62,008 nucleotides of DNA from Deltaproteobacteria bacterium (GTDB lineage: Archaea; Thermoplasmatota; Poseidoniia; Poseidoniales; Poseidoniaceae): positions 1 to 62,008 of the forward strand of contig JAOMAZ010000004.1 of NCBI GenBank assembly GCA_028344335.1. The letters run 5' to 3'. Positions 36,357 through 46,423 of this stretch are shown here, piece after piece. The translations under genes and the position numbers were made by a program. Position 1 is the first letter of the stretch. Each line of letters starts with the position of its first letter. The notes under the pieces are model-generated. The model made no database searches, was not told the DNA's origin, and saw only the letters and a program-made list of their open reading frames with translations.

Positions 36357-37784
36357 TTATTCTTCTTCGTCATCAGGTTCCAATCGAGCCAATAATAGTT
36401 GAACCGCTTCCATTGCGTGCTCATCGATGACACCGGCTTCGAGTGAAGTTTTAATCATCTTCAAATGTCTACTGCCAAGTACTAATTCTGCTGCTTTCAT
36501 AACAAGTACCTTTTCATCTTCGGTCACAGAATTAGATTCAATTGCTCGGTTTATCGCAACTAAGCCAGCCATCTTGTCCATAGTTTCCTCAGTGAATCCC
36601 ATTTTGTGTTGGATTCGATTTAGAGCATCTAATTCCTTTGAGGTTAGTACTCCATCGGCTAATGCCTCCTTATATGCTTCCATCAAATCAGGGGCCCGTT
36701 CAGACATCAGAATTGCAATTGGTCTAGTAGGCTCAATGTTTTCAAGAATAATCTTGAATATAACGACGAATGGAACCGATAGTACCATTCCAACAATACC
36801 CCAAAGCCAGAAACCAAATGCTGCAACTATTAACAATAGAACTGGGCTAATATCAAGTTTACTGCCACACCATTTTGTCTCGATTACATTTCCCCAAACT
36901 TGTTGATTTACGATGAGCAAAATACCCATGAATAAAACTGCGCCTGGATCAAGCATAATAAATCCGAGAATGATAGGGGGGATGCTGGCTATTAGTGAAC
37001 CAATATATGGCACATAGTTGAGAATGAAAGTTAACAAAGCCCAAAGGAACCACAAATCAATACCGAAAGATGAAAGAATGATTCCAGCGATGATTGCTGT
37101 TCCAACTCCTACCCCTGTTTTTACGATAATATATACATTGATACTTTCTTCAATGGCTGCTCTAACATTTTTGATTTTTTCGTTTGCCTCTCCAGGGTAG
37201 GCTGCTGAAATTCGACCTGGAAGAAGGCCTGCTTCAAAAATAATGAACATTAAAAAGAATAAAACTGTAATCGCTGTTGTTCCTAAAGCACCAGCAAAAG
37301 AAAGAACCTTTCCGAATAAATCAGAGACATCTCCACCCTCTTCTATCACACCAAATGTCACAAGATGATCGTTTACGGTCTTATTAGAATCTTCACCATC
37401 CTCTTCTAACGCCGGTCCAAATATTGCTGAATCTTTCATCTCTTGATATCTTAACTCAAGGTTTTCATTATAATCCGCCATTTTATCTTCGTCTTTTGAT
37501 AAATCATTAATTTGGGAATATGAATAATAAGCGCTGCTAACCAATAGTAAAAGGAAAAGCATCAACACCGTAAAATATGAAAGATACAAATTGAAACCTG
37601 TTTTATTCAGTGCATCAGCACCAGGTTTGAGAATAAAATAAACGCCAAGAGCGATAATAAATGGTTTCAATACATCTTCCAAGACAATGGCTGCAAAAAT
37701 TATCAGGGTCAAGAGAACGATGAAGTTGGTTATGACACCAAGCCTTCTTGCGAACTGGGTGCCGTCAACAACCGCCTCATCCAT
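36357..37784 (-). CDS. AI-2E family transporter with C-terminal extension
   Basis: LKPFIIA, FILNYVPYIGS, GNVIETKWCGSKLDISP, LWGIVGMVLSVP. Confidence 0.88.
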   Translation of the reverse strand: MDEAVVDGTQFARRLGVITNFIVLLTLIIFAAIVLEDVLKPFIIALGVYFILKPGADALNKTGFNLYLSYFTVLMLFLLLLVSSAYYSYSQINDLSKDEDKMADYNENLELRYQEMKDSAIFGPALEEDGEDSNKTVNDHLVTFGVIEEGGDVSDLFGKVLSFAGALGTTAITVLFFLMFIIFEAGLLPGRISAAYPGEANEKIKNVRAAIEESINVYIIVKTGVGVGTAIIAGIILSSFGIDLWFLWALLTFILNYVPYIGSLIASIPPIILGFIMLDPGAVLFMGILLIVNQQVWGNVIETKWCGSKLDISPVLLLIVAAFGFWLWGIVGMVLSVPFVVIFKIILENIEPTRPIAILMSERAPDLMEAYKEALADGVLTSKELDALNRIQHKMGFTEETMDKMAGLVAINRAIESNSVTEDEKVLVMKAAELVLGSRHLKMIKTSLEAGVIDEHAMEAVQLLLARLEPDDEEE

Positions 37785-37851
37785 AGTATCCCATCACATG
37801 ACCCATACATAACCAATGCCCAAGTATCAACTTAATTCTTGACATAAAGAA

Positions 37852-38625
37852 TCATTCAGGGAAATTGCAGACTGGCATTACTGTGTTGGCGGCAGTTGCT
37901 TGAGAATCCCTTGTCATTGCAATTAATCCAATCTCTATATTTTTATCAAAAAGGTCAATTCCCCAACTTAAGGCATGATTAATGCTGGTTCCAGAATGGT
38001 GATGGACTGCAACCTTTGAACATAGTAATTGCTTGAGAATCTCCTCACCGATTCCAGTTGCGGCAATTGCAATGTTCTGATCGCACCAAAGCCCCGAACC
38101 CCACATTGGGGTATCTCCGACTCTCCCGAGAGGGCGTCCACTACATCCGCCGGTTGAAGATGCAACGGCTAAATTACCATCCTTATCTCTGGCAACAGCG
38201 CCTACAGTATCAGTTGCACTGGGGCTCTTACTTCCAACTACTGATGCCTTTCTATGCCCTTTAAGGTCTGCAAAATGTCTCGCTCCACGGCCTGCAAGGA
38301 TGTGGAAATCCTCGCTCAGTAAATCCGCTGCAACCCTGATTGGGTTTGGGGTATCTTCGATTGCCATAATCAATCCAAGTTTTCCATCACTCGTTGCAAC
38401 TGCAGCATCTAATTGCAGACTGCCATCAGCACGGTATCTACCACCGGTTCCGGCATTCAATACTGGGTCATCTTCCATAATTACTACCGCCTCCACAACG
38501 GCTTCGAGTGCTGAGCCTCCTGCATTGAGAATTTGCCACCCCCGTTGAGTAGCCGCATCTACTCCTGGTTGATCACTTGCAGTGTGTCCAGCACCACCGT
38601 GGCAAATTATTGAGGCTTTATCCAT
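37852..38625 (-). CDS. Isoaspartyl peptidase / L-asparaginase (Ntn hydrolase, class 2)
   Basis: HGGAG, EDDPVLNAGTG, DTVGAVA, SSTGG, GRVGDTP, TGIGE. Confidence 0.92.
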   Translation of the reverse strand: MDKASIICHGGAGHTASDQPGVDAATQRGWQILNAGGSALEAVVEAVVIMEDDPVLNAGTGGRYRADGSLQLDAAVATSDGKLGLIMAIEDTPNPIRVAADLLSEDFHILAGRGARHFADLKGHRKASVVGSKSPSATDTVGAVARDKDGNLAVASSTGGCSGRPLGRVGDTPMWGSGLWCDQNIAIAATGIGEEILKQLLCSKVAVHHHSGTSINHALSWGIDLFDKNIEIGLIAMTRDSQATAANTVMPVCNFPE

Positions 38626-39961
38626 CTATTCCTACACCTTCCAAAGCGGGGTCATCTGCATTCCATGCTCCCCCGAAAATATGAATAAATAAGCCTATGA
38701 TTGAGAAGATTCCGCATAACCAAAACACAGTATGATAAGTGAAGAATCCTTGCTCTTTATTTGTCAAATCCCATATAAGTCCTCCAATTAAGACTCCAAC
38801 CAAAGTGGAAAGTGAACGAAGACTTTCGGCAACACCCATCACCAATCCCTTTTCTGAAACCCCCGAATGGTTGCTAAGCATGGCCATGTTACTTGGGGTG
38901 AATAGCCCATTACCAAGAGCAATAATGAAACTAACTAATAGTATTCCAAACCAAGCAAAGGAGATGTCTACGTACGGAGTTAGAGTCAGACCGATTGCTG
39001 CTGAGACCAAACCAAATGCCATCAAGCGGCTTGAACCGAAGCGTGTTGTGAGCGGACCAATTAATACCCCCTGCACAAGAAGACCTGAAAGACCAATGAA
39101 ACCGAATACCAAACCGTTATCCGATTCAGAAAAGCCTAAGCCTCCCTGTTGAGGACTCATCATAGTGAATAAGATGAAAGATACATGCATGATGGTAAAA
39201 CCAACCCAAAATGCCATTGCACTCCACATCAGTGGGCTCAAAATTGGCCGTGAAAGCAATGCAAAAATATCTTTAAATTTGCGTTTTAATTCTCGCATAG
39301 GGTTTGTATTTTTGGTTTTACTTCGAGATTCCACTGGTAGGCTCTCTGGTAGCCACCAAATCGATAACAAAAAGGCGATACCCGAAAGAAGAGATGAAGC
39401 GATACAAGGAAGAAGATAAGGATTTGAATCGAATATTGTATCTTGAAAAATTGAAGTCCAATTCCAGTCAGCTGGGCGAGATAGCCAGCCTCCAAGTGCT
39501 GGCCCAATGGTGAATCCCACTCCGAAAGCGACCCCTAACAAGCCCTGCCTCTTTGCCACTTCATGAGGTTTAGAAACATCAGATATGTAAGCTCTAGCAA
39601 CAGGGATGTTGGCATTGAAAATTCCGCTAAGCACTCTGGCAATAAATGCCATCCAAAGGGTGGTTGACAAACCGAATAGGATGAATGTTCCCGTATTTCC
39701 AAGTAGGCCAATCATCAGAATTGGTCGCCTACCATATTTGTCAGACAAAGAACCCCAAAAGGAAGAAAATAAGAAAACGGCTGCTGCATAACCAGACATT
39801 AAGGTTGCAACCCAAAAACCAATTTCAGCATCTGGACCTGAGAGATGGGCAACCATGAAAGTAAGGAATGGAATAATAATTCCAAAACCAATCATGTCTA
39901 CTAATACGACAATGGTTATGATAAGAAGAGAACCTTGCCCTGCTACTTTGGCCTCAGTCAT
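38618..39961 (-). CDS. MFS transporter (TetA/DHA1-like)
   Basis: DMIGFGIIIP, GSLSDKYGRRP, GFTIGPALGG; about 12 TM helices. Confidence 0.9.
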   Translation of the reverse strand: MTEAKVAGQGSLLIITIVVLVDMIGFGIIIPFLTFMVAHLSGPDAEIGFWVATLMSGYAAAVFLFSSFWGSLSDKYGRRPILMIGLLGNTGTFILFGLSTTLWMAFIARVLSGIFNANIPVARAYISDVSKPHEVAKRQGLLGVAFGVGFTIGPALGGWLSRPADWNWTSIFQDTIFDSNPYLLPCIASSLLSGIAFLLSIWWLPESLPVESRSKTKNTNPMRELKRKFKDIFALLSRPILSPLMWSAMAFWVGFTIMHVSFILFTMMSPQQGGLGFSESDNGLVFGFIGLSGLLVQGVLIGPLTTRFGSSRLMAFGLVSAAIGLTLTPYVDISFAWFGILLVSFIIALGNGLFTPSNMAMLSNHSGVSEKGLVMGVAESLRSLSTLVGVLIGGLIWDLTNKEQGFFTYHTVFWLCGIFSIIGLFIHIFGGAWNADDPALEGVGIDG

Positions 39962-40031
39962 CCTTGGCTGCTAGGCCTTTTGCCTTTCAATATCTCCATC
40001 ATTATGATGCAGGGGGAAGTAGTTTGAGAAA

Positions 40032-42056
40032 TCAAGCCGGAGTTCCACTTAGATCAATTTCTGGAGTTAAGATATCGATAACATTTGTGAGTCTCTCTAC
40101 AAGGCCTGGTTTCTTGTCTGTCATGACAAGAGCCCATTGCATTACTTCATCCAAAGTGTCCACAGGGATGACTTCTATTTCATCTATGTATTCATCATCT
40201 AGGAGTACATCTTGGGCGTTTGCTTTGGGAATCAAAACTGTCTTCACACCACTCTTTGCAGCAGCCTCAATCTTGGCTGTTACTCCACCAACAGGGAGAA
40301 CTTCTCCTCGCACAGATAACGAGCCTGTCATGGCCAAGTCTTGGCGGATTGGAATTTCTTCTAAGGCTGAGATGATTGCGGTAGCGATGGTGATACTTGC
40401 TGAATCTCCATCAACGCCATGAGTGTCAACGAATTGGATGTGGATGTCAAAGTCCGATACATCCTTGCCGGTCAATTTCTTGACAACTGCTGAAACATTT
40501 GTAACGCTTTCTTTAGCGATATCAGATAGCCCGCCGGTTGCGAATACTTTGCCCCCAGAGGCTTGAGAAGGTGTAACAAGTGCCTCGACTGGTAGCATAA
40601 TTCCACTATAATCGGAAAGTCCTGAATCGGCACCTAAAACTGCAAGGCCGTTTACTCTACCTACTCTTTGACCCTTGTTGACCAAGAGGCTGTATTGTTG
40701 ACGGCGCTCAATCATTCGGTCTGCAACTTGTTGTTCAAGTGGTTTGGCAATTCTACGTGCTGCCATAACGTGGCGAGAAGATGTTAATTCACTTCCTTCT
40801 TCCACTGCTAAGTCTCCTGAAATTCTGACCAAACCGCCAAGTTCACGGAGTCGTAGAGATAACTTGCCTCTCCTTCCACTTCTTCGCTGAGCTTCTCGCA
40901 AAATCATTCCAACTGCGCTCTTGTTGAAGTGAGGTATCTCTCTATTACTGCCTATATCTCTGCGTACTTCTTGAGCAATGAAGCGAATTAAACGGCGGCG
41001 ATTCATTGCGGTATCTGACATATCACTATTGACGAATACTTCGTATCCATAGCCACGGATTCTACTACGTAAAGCAGGGTGCATACCTTGGATAGCATCG
41101 AGGTTGCCGGCAGCAACAAGAATAAAATCGCATGGAACTGGTTCACTCTTAGTCAAAGCCCCACTGCTTCTTTCACTACGGCCACTGATTGGGAAAGCGC
41201 GCTCTTGCATTGCTGTTAGCAAAGCCTGCTGCTCTTCAAGGCGTAGTAAGTTGATTTCGTCGATGAATAGAACTCCACCATTTGCTTTGTGGATTGCTCC
41301 TGCTTCAACTCTTTCGTGGGCTGGAGTTTCCATTCCTCCAGACTGGAATGGGTCGTGGCGGACATCGCCAAGTAAGCTACCAGCAAGAGTTGCAGTTGCA
41401 TCTATGAATGGAGGTTCATCATCTCGCTGATGCTTTACCAATAATTTCGGTAGATTTGCTTCATCACCTGAGCGCATTCTATTGGAGATGAACATATATG
41501 CAAATGCCAGTAAAAGGAGACCAAAGAATAGAGTCATAAAATCCCCGCTCTTGAAGGCAAATACCAAGAATAGGAATGCAACTATTGCAACACCAAACAG
41601 CAATTGTTTCTGCTGCTTCTCTCTTTGTGAGCGGATTAATTCTCGCTGAGCCTTGATTAGACGGTCTCCACGGCCGGCGGGAACAGTACGAACTCTTGGT
41701 TCATTGTCATCATCATCATTAGGGTAGCAGAGTGTATCAACGAGGTCATCTTGGGGAAGTAATTCCGTCATTGAACGTGCTAACATCGATTTTCCTGTCC
41801 CTGGATCTCCAATCATCATCATGTGTCTGCGTTGTTCAGCCGCCTTGCGAATAACCACCGAAGCATCCTCTTGTCCGATAACTTGGTCCACTAGTCCATC
41901 TGGGATTGGTACATCTTCAGTTGATTGGAAATCCACTGAATCTAACCATTCGACTATCGATTCCTCAATAATTGGGTCAGGAGAATCTAACTCCTCCACA
42001 ATTTCAGTTACACTTTTCTCCGAGGTATCTTCCTCTAAGGGTGTAGCATCTCCCAT
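40032..42056 (-). CDS. lonB: Archaeal membrane-anchored ATP-dependent protease LonB
   Basis: QVIGQEDA, GDPGTGKS Walker A, TM insertion, LFIDEI, VDGDSASI (catalytic Ser), PVGGVTAKIEAA (catalytic Lys). Confidence 0.96.
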   Translation of the reverse strand: MGDATPLEEDTSEKSVTEIVEELDSPDPIIEESIVEWLDSVDFQSTEDVPIPDGLVDQVIGQEDASVVIRKAAEQRRHMMMIGDPGTGKSMLARSMTELLPQDDLVDTLCYPNDDDDNEPRVRTVPAGRGDRLIKAQRELIRSQREKQQKQLLFGVAIVAFLFLVFAFKSGDFMTLFFGLLLLAFAYMFISNRMRSGDEANLPKLLVKHQRDDEPPFIDATATLAGSLLGDVRHDPFQSGGMETPAHERVEAGAIHKANGGVLFIDEINLLRLEEQQALLTAMQERAFPISGRSERSSGALTKSEPVPCDFILVAAGNLDAIQGMHPALRSRIRGYGYEVFVNSDMSDTAMNRRRLIRFIAQEVRRDIGSNREIPHFNKSAVGMILREAQRRSGRRGKLSLRLRELGGLVRISGDLAVEEGSELTSSRHVMAARRIAKPLEQQVADRMIERRQQYSLLVNKGQRVGRVNGLAVLGADSGLSDYSGIMLPVEALVTPSQASGGKVFATGGLSDIAKESVTNVSAVVKKLTGKDVSDFDIHIQFVDTHGVDGDSASITIATAIISALEEIPIRQDLAMTGSLSVRGEVLPVGGVTAKIEAAAKSGVKTVLIPKANAQDVLLDDEYIDEIEVIPVDTLDEVMQWALVMTDKKPGLVERLTNVIDILTPEIDLSGTPA

Positions 42057-42120
42057 GTTTGTGCCTCCATCTGCAACTGCTTTATGGGTTCGCCAAAAAA
42101 CAGAACATTATTTCTCCCTT

Positions 42121-45100
42121 TCAAAGACCGTTTTCTTGCAAGTATTGTGCACCATAGTGCTGCCACTGTTCCATACTCCATCCGACTGGAAGTCCCGCTG
42201 CTGGTATAGGGGGGCCTGCTTGTGGAGGCGGGGCTGCGAACAATTCCTGCGCTCCACCGAAGGAAGAGTTTGCTACGGTATCTGTTGCTGGTAGAACCAT
42301 TGTATGATCAATTAAGGATGTGAATGAATCGCCATCACCCTTGCGACCTCCTAATAACAAAATCGAAAGAAGAACGAGTATAATTGCTCCCATTGCAATT
42401 CCAATATAAGTGAAGTTAAGATTGCTAGATTTAGCTGATTCAACTTGAGACTGCACATCATCAGAAATGCACTTAGCACCATCAACCGCACAGGCACTTT
42501 TGTGGTCATCCTTAGTTGAATTGAGTTCAGATTGCTTCTCAACGTATTCATCAGTACCCTCTTCAAGACTGGCTATTGCTTCCTCAAGAGACGCAATTCG
42601 GTTCTCCAAAGTCATGATGTGTGCGTCAAGTTCACGGGAGTCCATGGTACTAGGGTCAACAGGGAATTCTGTGATGTTCCAGTAAATTGTTCCGTGGTAT
42701 TTACGATCATTGCCGTCTGTGTCGACTGCATTAACATCTACTAATTTGAGTTGATCATTATACAGAAGACCATCACTACTTCGGTCGAATGGTAGGAAGA
42801 AGGACCAACTTGTTTGTACTCCTGTATGTTCGATTGTTTGGAACTCATAACAGATTCCATCTAGAATAGAACAAATTTGCCAGCCACTCTTAAGGTGATT
42901 CAAACCAAGATTTGCATTAACAACTGTCAAGGTTACTCTTGCATCCTTGCCAACTAGTCCGTTTTCTATCTCAACAAAGATATCAGCGCTTGGGTCGCTA
43001 TCAGAGACATATAAGGGCAGTGCATCGTAGACAACTACAGTGAAGGTGTAGGTTGATGAATCATCATGCCTATCGATAACTGTAATCATAACTGTCTTGT
43101 CGCCAGTTGTATCCCAACCCATTGTTAGTGCATTGGATAACATGCTGTGGCGAGCAGAGTGGGCTGGGCTTGCAGCAACTGAAACTAAAATGTCATTATT
43201 ATCGTCATCAACATCATCCATGTAATCAGCAAGCATAATTATCTTCTCTTCACCCTTCTTCAGCATCATACCGTCGAATTCTGAAAGGTCAATAGTTGGT
43301 GCATCATTGATATTATTGACCGATACGATGACAACAGTATCGGAAAATTGTGTTCCATCACTTGCACGAAGAGTTAACCTTGCTTGGCCAAAGACATCTT
43401 GGTCAATTGTTTCAATGTTAAGTGTCTGGCCAGTCACTGATGCAGTTATTAGGTCGCGGTTGTCGTTTTCCAAGACTGCTACGATAAGACTGCTAGAATC
43501 GACTGATGCACCCGTGTCATCGGTATCGGAAAGGTAATTCGAAAGCATGATGCTGTCCGAGGACCCTTCATCCATGTGAATGCTTGTAACGGCACCCCAA
43601 CGAGGCTGGCCATTCTCAATTACATTGAACAATAAAGTTCCACTTGTGGTATCCTCTCCATCATCGACTATGACGTAGATACCGCTTGGCATTGGAGTTC
43701 CATGTACATCTCTCTGTATATTATTGAAAAGAACTGTCATCTTTCCAGTTGTTGAATCCCAAGAGATGAAGTTTGGACTGGTACTTGTGATTTCCAATTC
43801 TGAAAGTGGCATTTCCATGTCGCTAATATGCCCCACCATGCTAACTGCTGTTTCTACTTCCACCTTGACAGAGGGGTATGGTTCAGGGACAATTACGGGT
43901 AGTGCATTGTTCAGACTGAATGCATCTTCTTTGATTACCCAATCGCTTTCTTGACCACCCGCGTCAACGAATTGAACACGTATGTCGTACAGGCCGCTCA
44001 TCATTGTTGAATCTGGCTCAAACTGGAACTCGTACCTCTCGTTGGAAGTTCCTTCTCCCATCAGGGTCTGACCTCCCATTACCAAGGAGGAACTCCATGA
44101 ATCAGCATTTGCTATGGAAATTTCCAGTTTTGGAACCATCGTATCCATTTCATCGACTCCATCTGAAGGATCTCCCCTTACTTCCACGACCACAGTTTCC
44201 CCACGGTCAACTTCAGGGTCTCCGATAATGGTTGGGTTAGAACAAATCGGCGGCATATCATGAAGCATTTCCTTATTCACTACATTGTTTCCATAATTGC
44301 CGTCACCTGTGGTGTCAGTTATCTTGGCTCTCAGGGCAACATCCCATGCATTTTCAGACAATGAACTGGTATCAAACTGTGCTGTCATTACCTGAGTAGA
44401 ACCACTGCCACTAGTGGTTAGAGTATTGATTATTCCAGTATCAATCTCTGTTTCCGTTGCGCCATTGATTTGGAAGAACCGTATCATCCCACCATCGTTG
44501 TAAGTATCGATTCCATTATTGCTGATCGTTGCAGTGAGATCCAAAACATCTCCAGTGACCCATGACTCTGCTCCATTAGAATTCGACACCGTGAAGTCTT
44601 GTATTCCGAGGTCAATTGGTGGTGCCATGGTTCCATCAGCCGCTACGAAAACATCCTCTCCAAAACTGGAAGTGCTCCAGCCAGAGAAAAGTGCAGAGAC
44701 CACATTCATGTTAGATGCGCCTCCACCTACCAAACTGTTTGGAACTGTCCAAGATGTGCTTGACCACTGATTGCCGGTGAGGGAGATTGTCTCGAATCCT
44801 GTGCCCCCTCCAACGTTGCCACTATTACTAGCATAACCGCCATTGTTGAGAAGCCATGCCTCCCAGCAATTGCCACCCTTAGTGCCATCACTATAGGCAT
44901 GAGAATTGCAGACCTCCTCGGTCACTGCAGCATACAACTTGAACGAAGAAGGTGGAGTTCCAGAGCCAGTGTACTTCACATTAACACTGATGGCAGAGGT
45001 GCCATCACCATTATCGCTCTGACCGATGGTCATTGCATAATCCGATGCTGTGGAATGCATATTTCCACCACTTGAGACGTATGAATCCCAGCAAGTGTTT

Positions 45101-45507
45101 GAACCACAACCCGTATTCAGAGTTGCATCACCGAATGAGGTCTTGGGAGCGCCACCAGATTCTTGTAGATGACTGACCCCCATGATCGGAGCGATGTTTC
45201 CGGATTCTGCATCGGCTGTATTGCCATAATTTGCACTGTGGTACGAGATATACACATAGGTGTCAGGCAAACTGTTCTTGACTTGCTTGTGACCTGGGCT
45301 ACCGTATTGGTAACAAAATCCGCAGTTATCCGAAGTGATGTACTGTGCAAACACTGTATGACCAGGGTTGGTTGGTGCAGCCATAGGCTCTTCAGGCACC
45401 TCAAGTTCAATTTCTAAATCTGGTTGTGTATCGTACCAACCAACACCCAATGCTGAAAGTAGCATTAGGAAAGTCATGGTCAAACCGGTCACAGGTATGC
45501 GTCTCAT
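42121..45507 (-). CDS. Single-pass surface protein: N-terminal thioredoxin-like CxxC (Omp28-like) domain, Ig/CARDB/cadherin-like domains, coiled coil, TM, Trp-motif tail
   Basis: Signal peptide; YITSDNCGFC; NDAPTI-type domain junctions; TM YIGIAMGAIILVLLSILLLGG; tail GLPVGWSMEQWQHYGAQYL. Confidence 0.8.
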   Translation of the reverse strand: MRRIPVTGLTMTFLMLLSALGVGWYDTQPDLEIELEVPEEPMAAPTNPGHTVFAQYITSDNCGFCYQYGSPGHKQVKNSLPDTYVYISYHSANYGNTADAESGNIAPIMGVSHLQESGGAPKTSFGDATLNTGCGSNTCWDSYVSSGGNMHSTASDYAMTIGQSDNGDGTSAISVNVKYTGSGTPPSSFKLYAAVTEEVCNSHAYSDGTKGGNCWEAWLLNNGGYASNSGNVGGGTGFETISLTGNQWSSTSWTVPNSLVGGGASNMNVVSALFSGWSTSSFGEDVFVAADGTMAPPIDLGIQDFTVSNSNGAESWVTGDVLDLTATISNNGIDTYNDGGMIRFFQINGATETEIDTGIINTLTTSGSGSTQVMTAQFDTSSLSENAWDVALRAKITDTTGDGNYGNNVVNKEMLHDMPPICSNPTIIGDPEVDRGETVVVEVRGDPSDGVDEMDTMVPKLEISIANADSWSSSLVMGGQTLMGEGTSNERYEFQFEPDSTMMSGLYDIRVQFVDAGGQESDWVIKEDAFSLNNALPVIVPEPYPSVKVEVETAVSMVGHISDMEMPLSELEITSTSPNFISWDSTTGKMTVLFNNIQRDVHGTPMPSGIYVIVDDGEDTTSGTLLFNVIENGQPRWGAVTSIHMDEGSSDSIMLSNYLSDTDDTGASVDSSSLIVAVLENDNRDLITASVTGQTLNIETIDQDVFGQARLTLRASDGTQFSDTVVIVSVNNINDAPTIDLSEFDGMMLKKGEEKIIMLADYMDDVDDDNNDILVSVAASPAHSARHSMLSNALTMGWDTTGDKTVMITVIDRHDDSSTYTFTVVVYDALPLYVSDSDPSADIFVEIENGLVGKDARVTLTVVNANLGLNHLKSGWQICSILDGICYEFQTIEHTGVQTSWSFFLPFDRSSDGLLYNDQLKLVDVNAVDTDGNDRKYHGTIYWNITEFPVDPSTMDSRELDAHIMTLENRIASLEEAIASLEEGTDEYVEKQSELNSTKDDHKSACAVDGAKCISDDVQSQVESAKSSNLNFTYIGIAMGAIILVLLSILLLGGRKGDGDSFTSLIDHTMVLPATDTVANSSFGGAQELFAAPPPQAGPPIPAAGLPVGWSMEQWQHYGAQYLQENGL

Positions 45508-45625
45508 GGCTCTGCCTCAACAAGTCTGTTGATAAACATGCCCTTTAGTTGCCTGATACGTAGTATCAGTGAATTGATGAGGTAAATGGGATGGTTTGAT
45601 GTCATAATGCTTTCTCGGCTAAACA

Positions 45626-46411
45626 ATGGCATCACATCCTGAAGGCAGCCTAATTGGACTGAGGAGTTCAGATGGCAACATAACCTTGATTCGTATTGAA
45701 TCTGGTAGTAGAAAGGTCAAAGGAATTGGTATTCTTGATCCACTTGAAAAATTTTCAGATGCCAGTTTTGGTAGTGAAATTCAATTGGGAAGGAATACTT
45801 ACACTATCGTCAGACCACGCCTACCTGATGTGATTTCTGGAATGCAAAGAGGAGCTCAAACTATATCTGCAAAAGACGCTGGATTTTTCATAGCAAAGCT
45901 TGGAATCGGAGAAGGAGATAATGTGCTTGAAGCAGGGCTTGGTTCTGGTGGTCTATCGATTCATTTGATGCGTTCACTTGGTAGCAAAGGTAATCTTATT
46001 TCAGTCGAAAATAGAGAGGAGCATGCTAGTATAGGAATGACTAATATTTCATCTGCAGTAGAAGCATTTTCTTCCACTGCAAGTCATCAATGCATCATCG
46101 GTGATATCAGTGAAGTAGCCCAGAAAAATGAATGGAACCTCGATGCAATTGTTCTCGATTTACCCGACCATCCGAGCGCCATCAAAGCGCTACATTCGTC
46201 GCTAAATCATGGTGGTCGGATAGGTTGTTATTGTCCTGTCAGCAGCCAACTTGAAGCAGCATGGCAAGCCTGTGAGGAAGCAGGCTTGTCAATCGAGTGG
46301 GCTGGCGAATTGATGCAACGTCAATGGGGCCGTGCAAGTAAGGGTGGAATGAGACCAATAAACGGTCCATTCGGACATACTGCCTTCCTTTTAATCGCTT
46401 ACAAACCTTAA
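45626..46411 (+). CDS. trmI: tRNA (adenine-N1)-methyltransferase (TrmI/GCD14 family)
   Basis: RGAQTISAKDAGF, VLEAGLGSGGL, VLDLPD, GHTAFL. Confidence 0.88.
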   Translation: MASHPEGSLIGLRSSDGNITLIRIESGSRKVKGIGILDPLEKFSDASFGSEIQLGRNTYTIVRPRLPDVISGMQRGAQTISAKDAGFFIAKLGIGEGDNVLEAGLGSGGLSIHLMRSLGSKGNLISVENREEHASIGMTNISSAVEAFSSTASHQCIIGDISEVAQKNEWNLDAIVLDLPDHPSAIKALHSSLNHGGRIGCYCPVSSQLEAAWQACEEAGLSIEWAGELMQRQWGRASKGGMRPINGPFGHTAFLLIAYKP

Positions 46412-46423
46412 GCAATCCGAATG

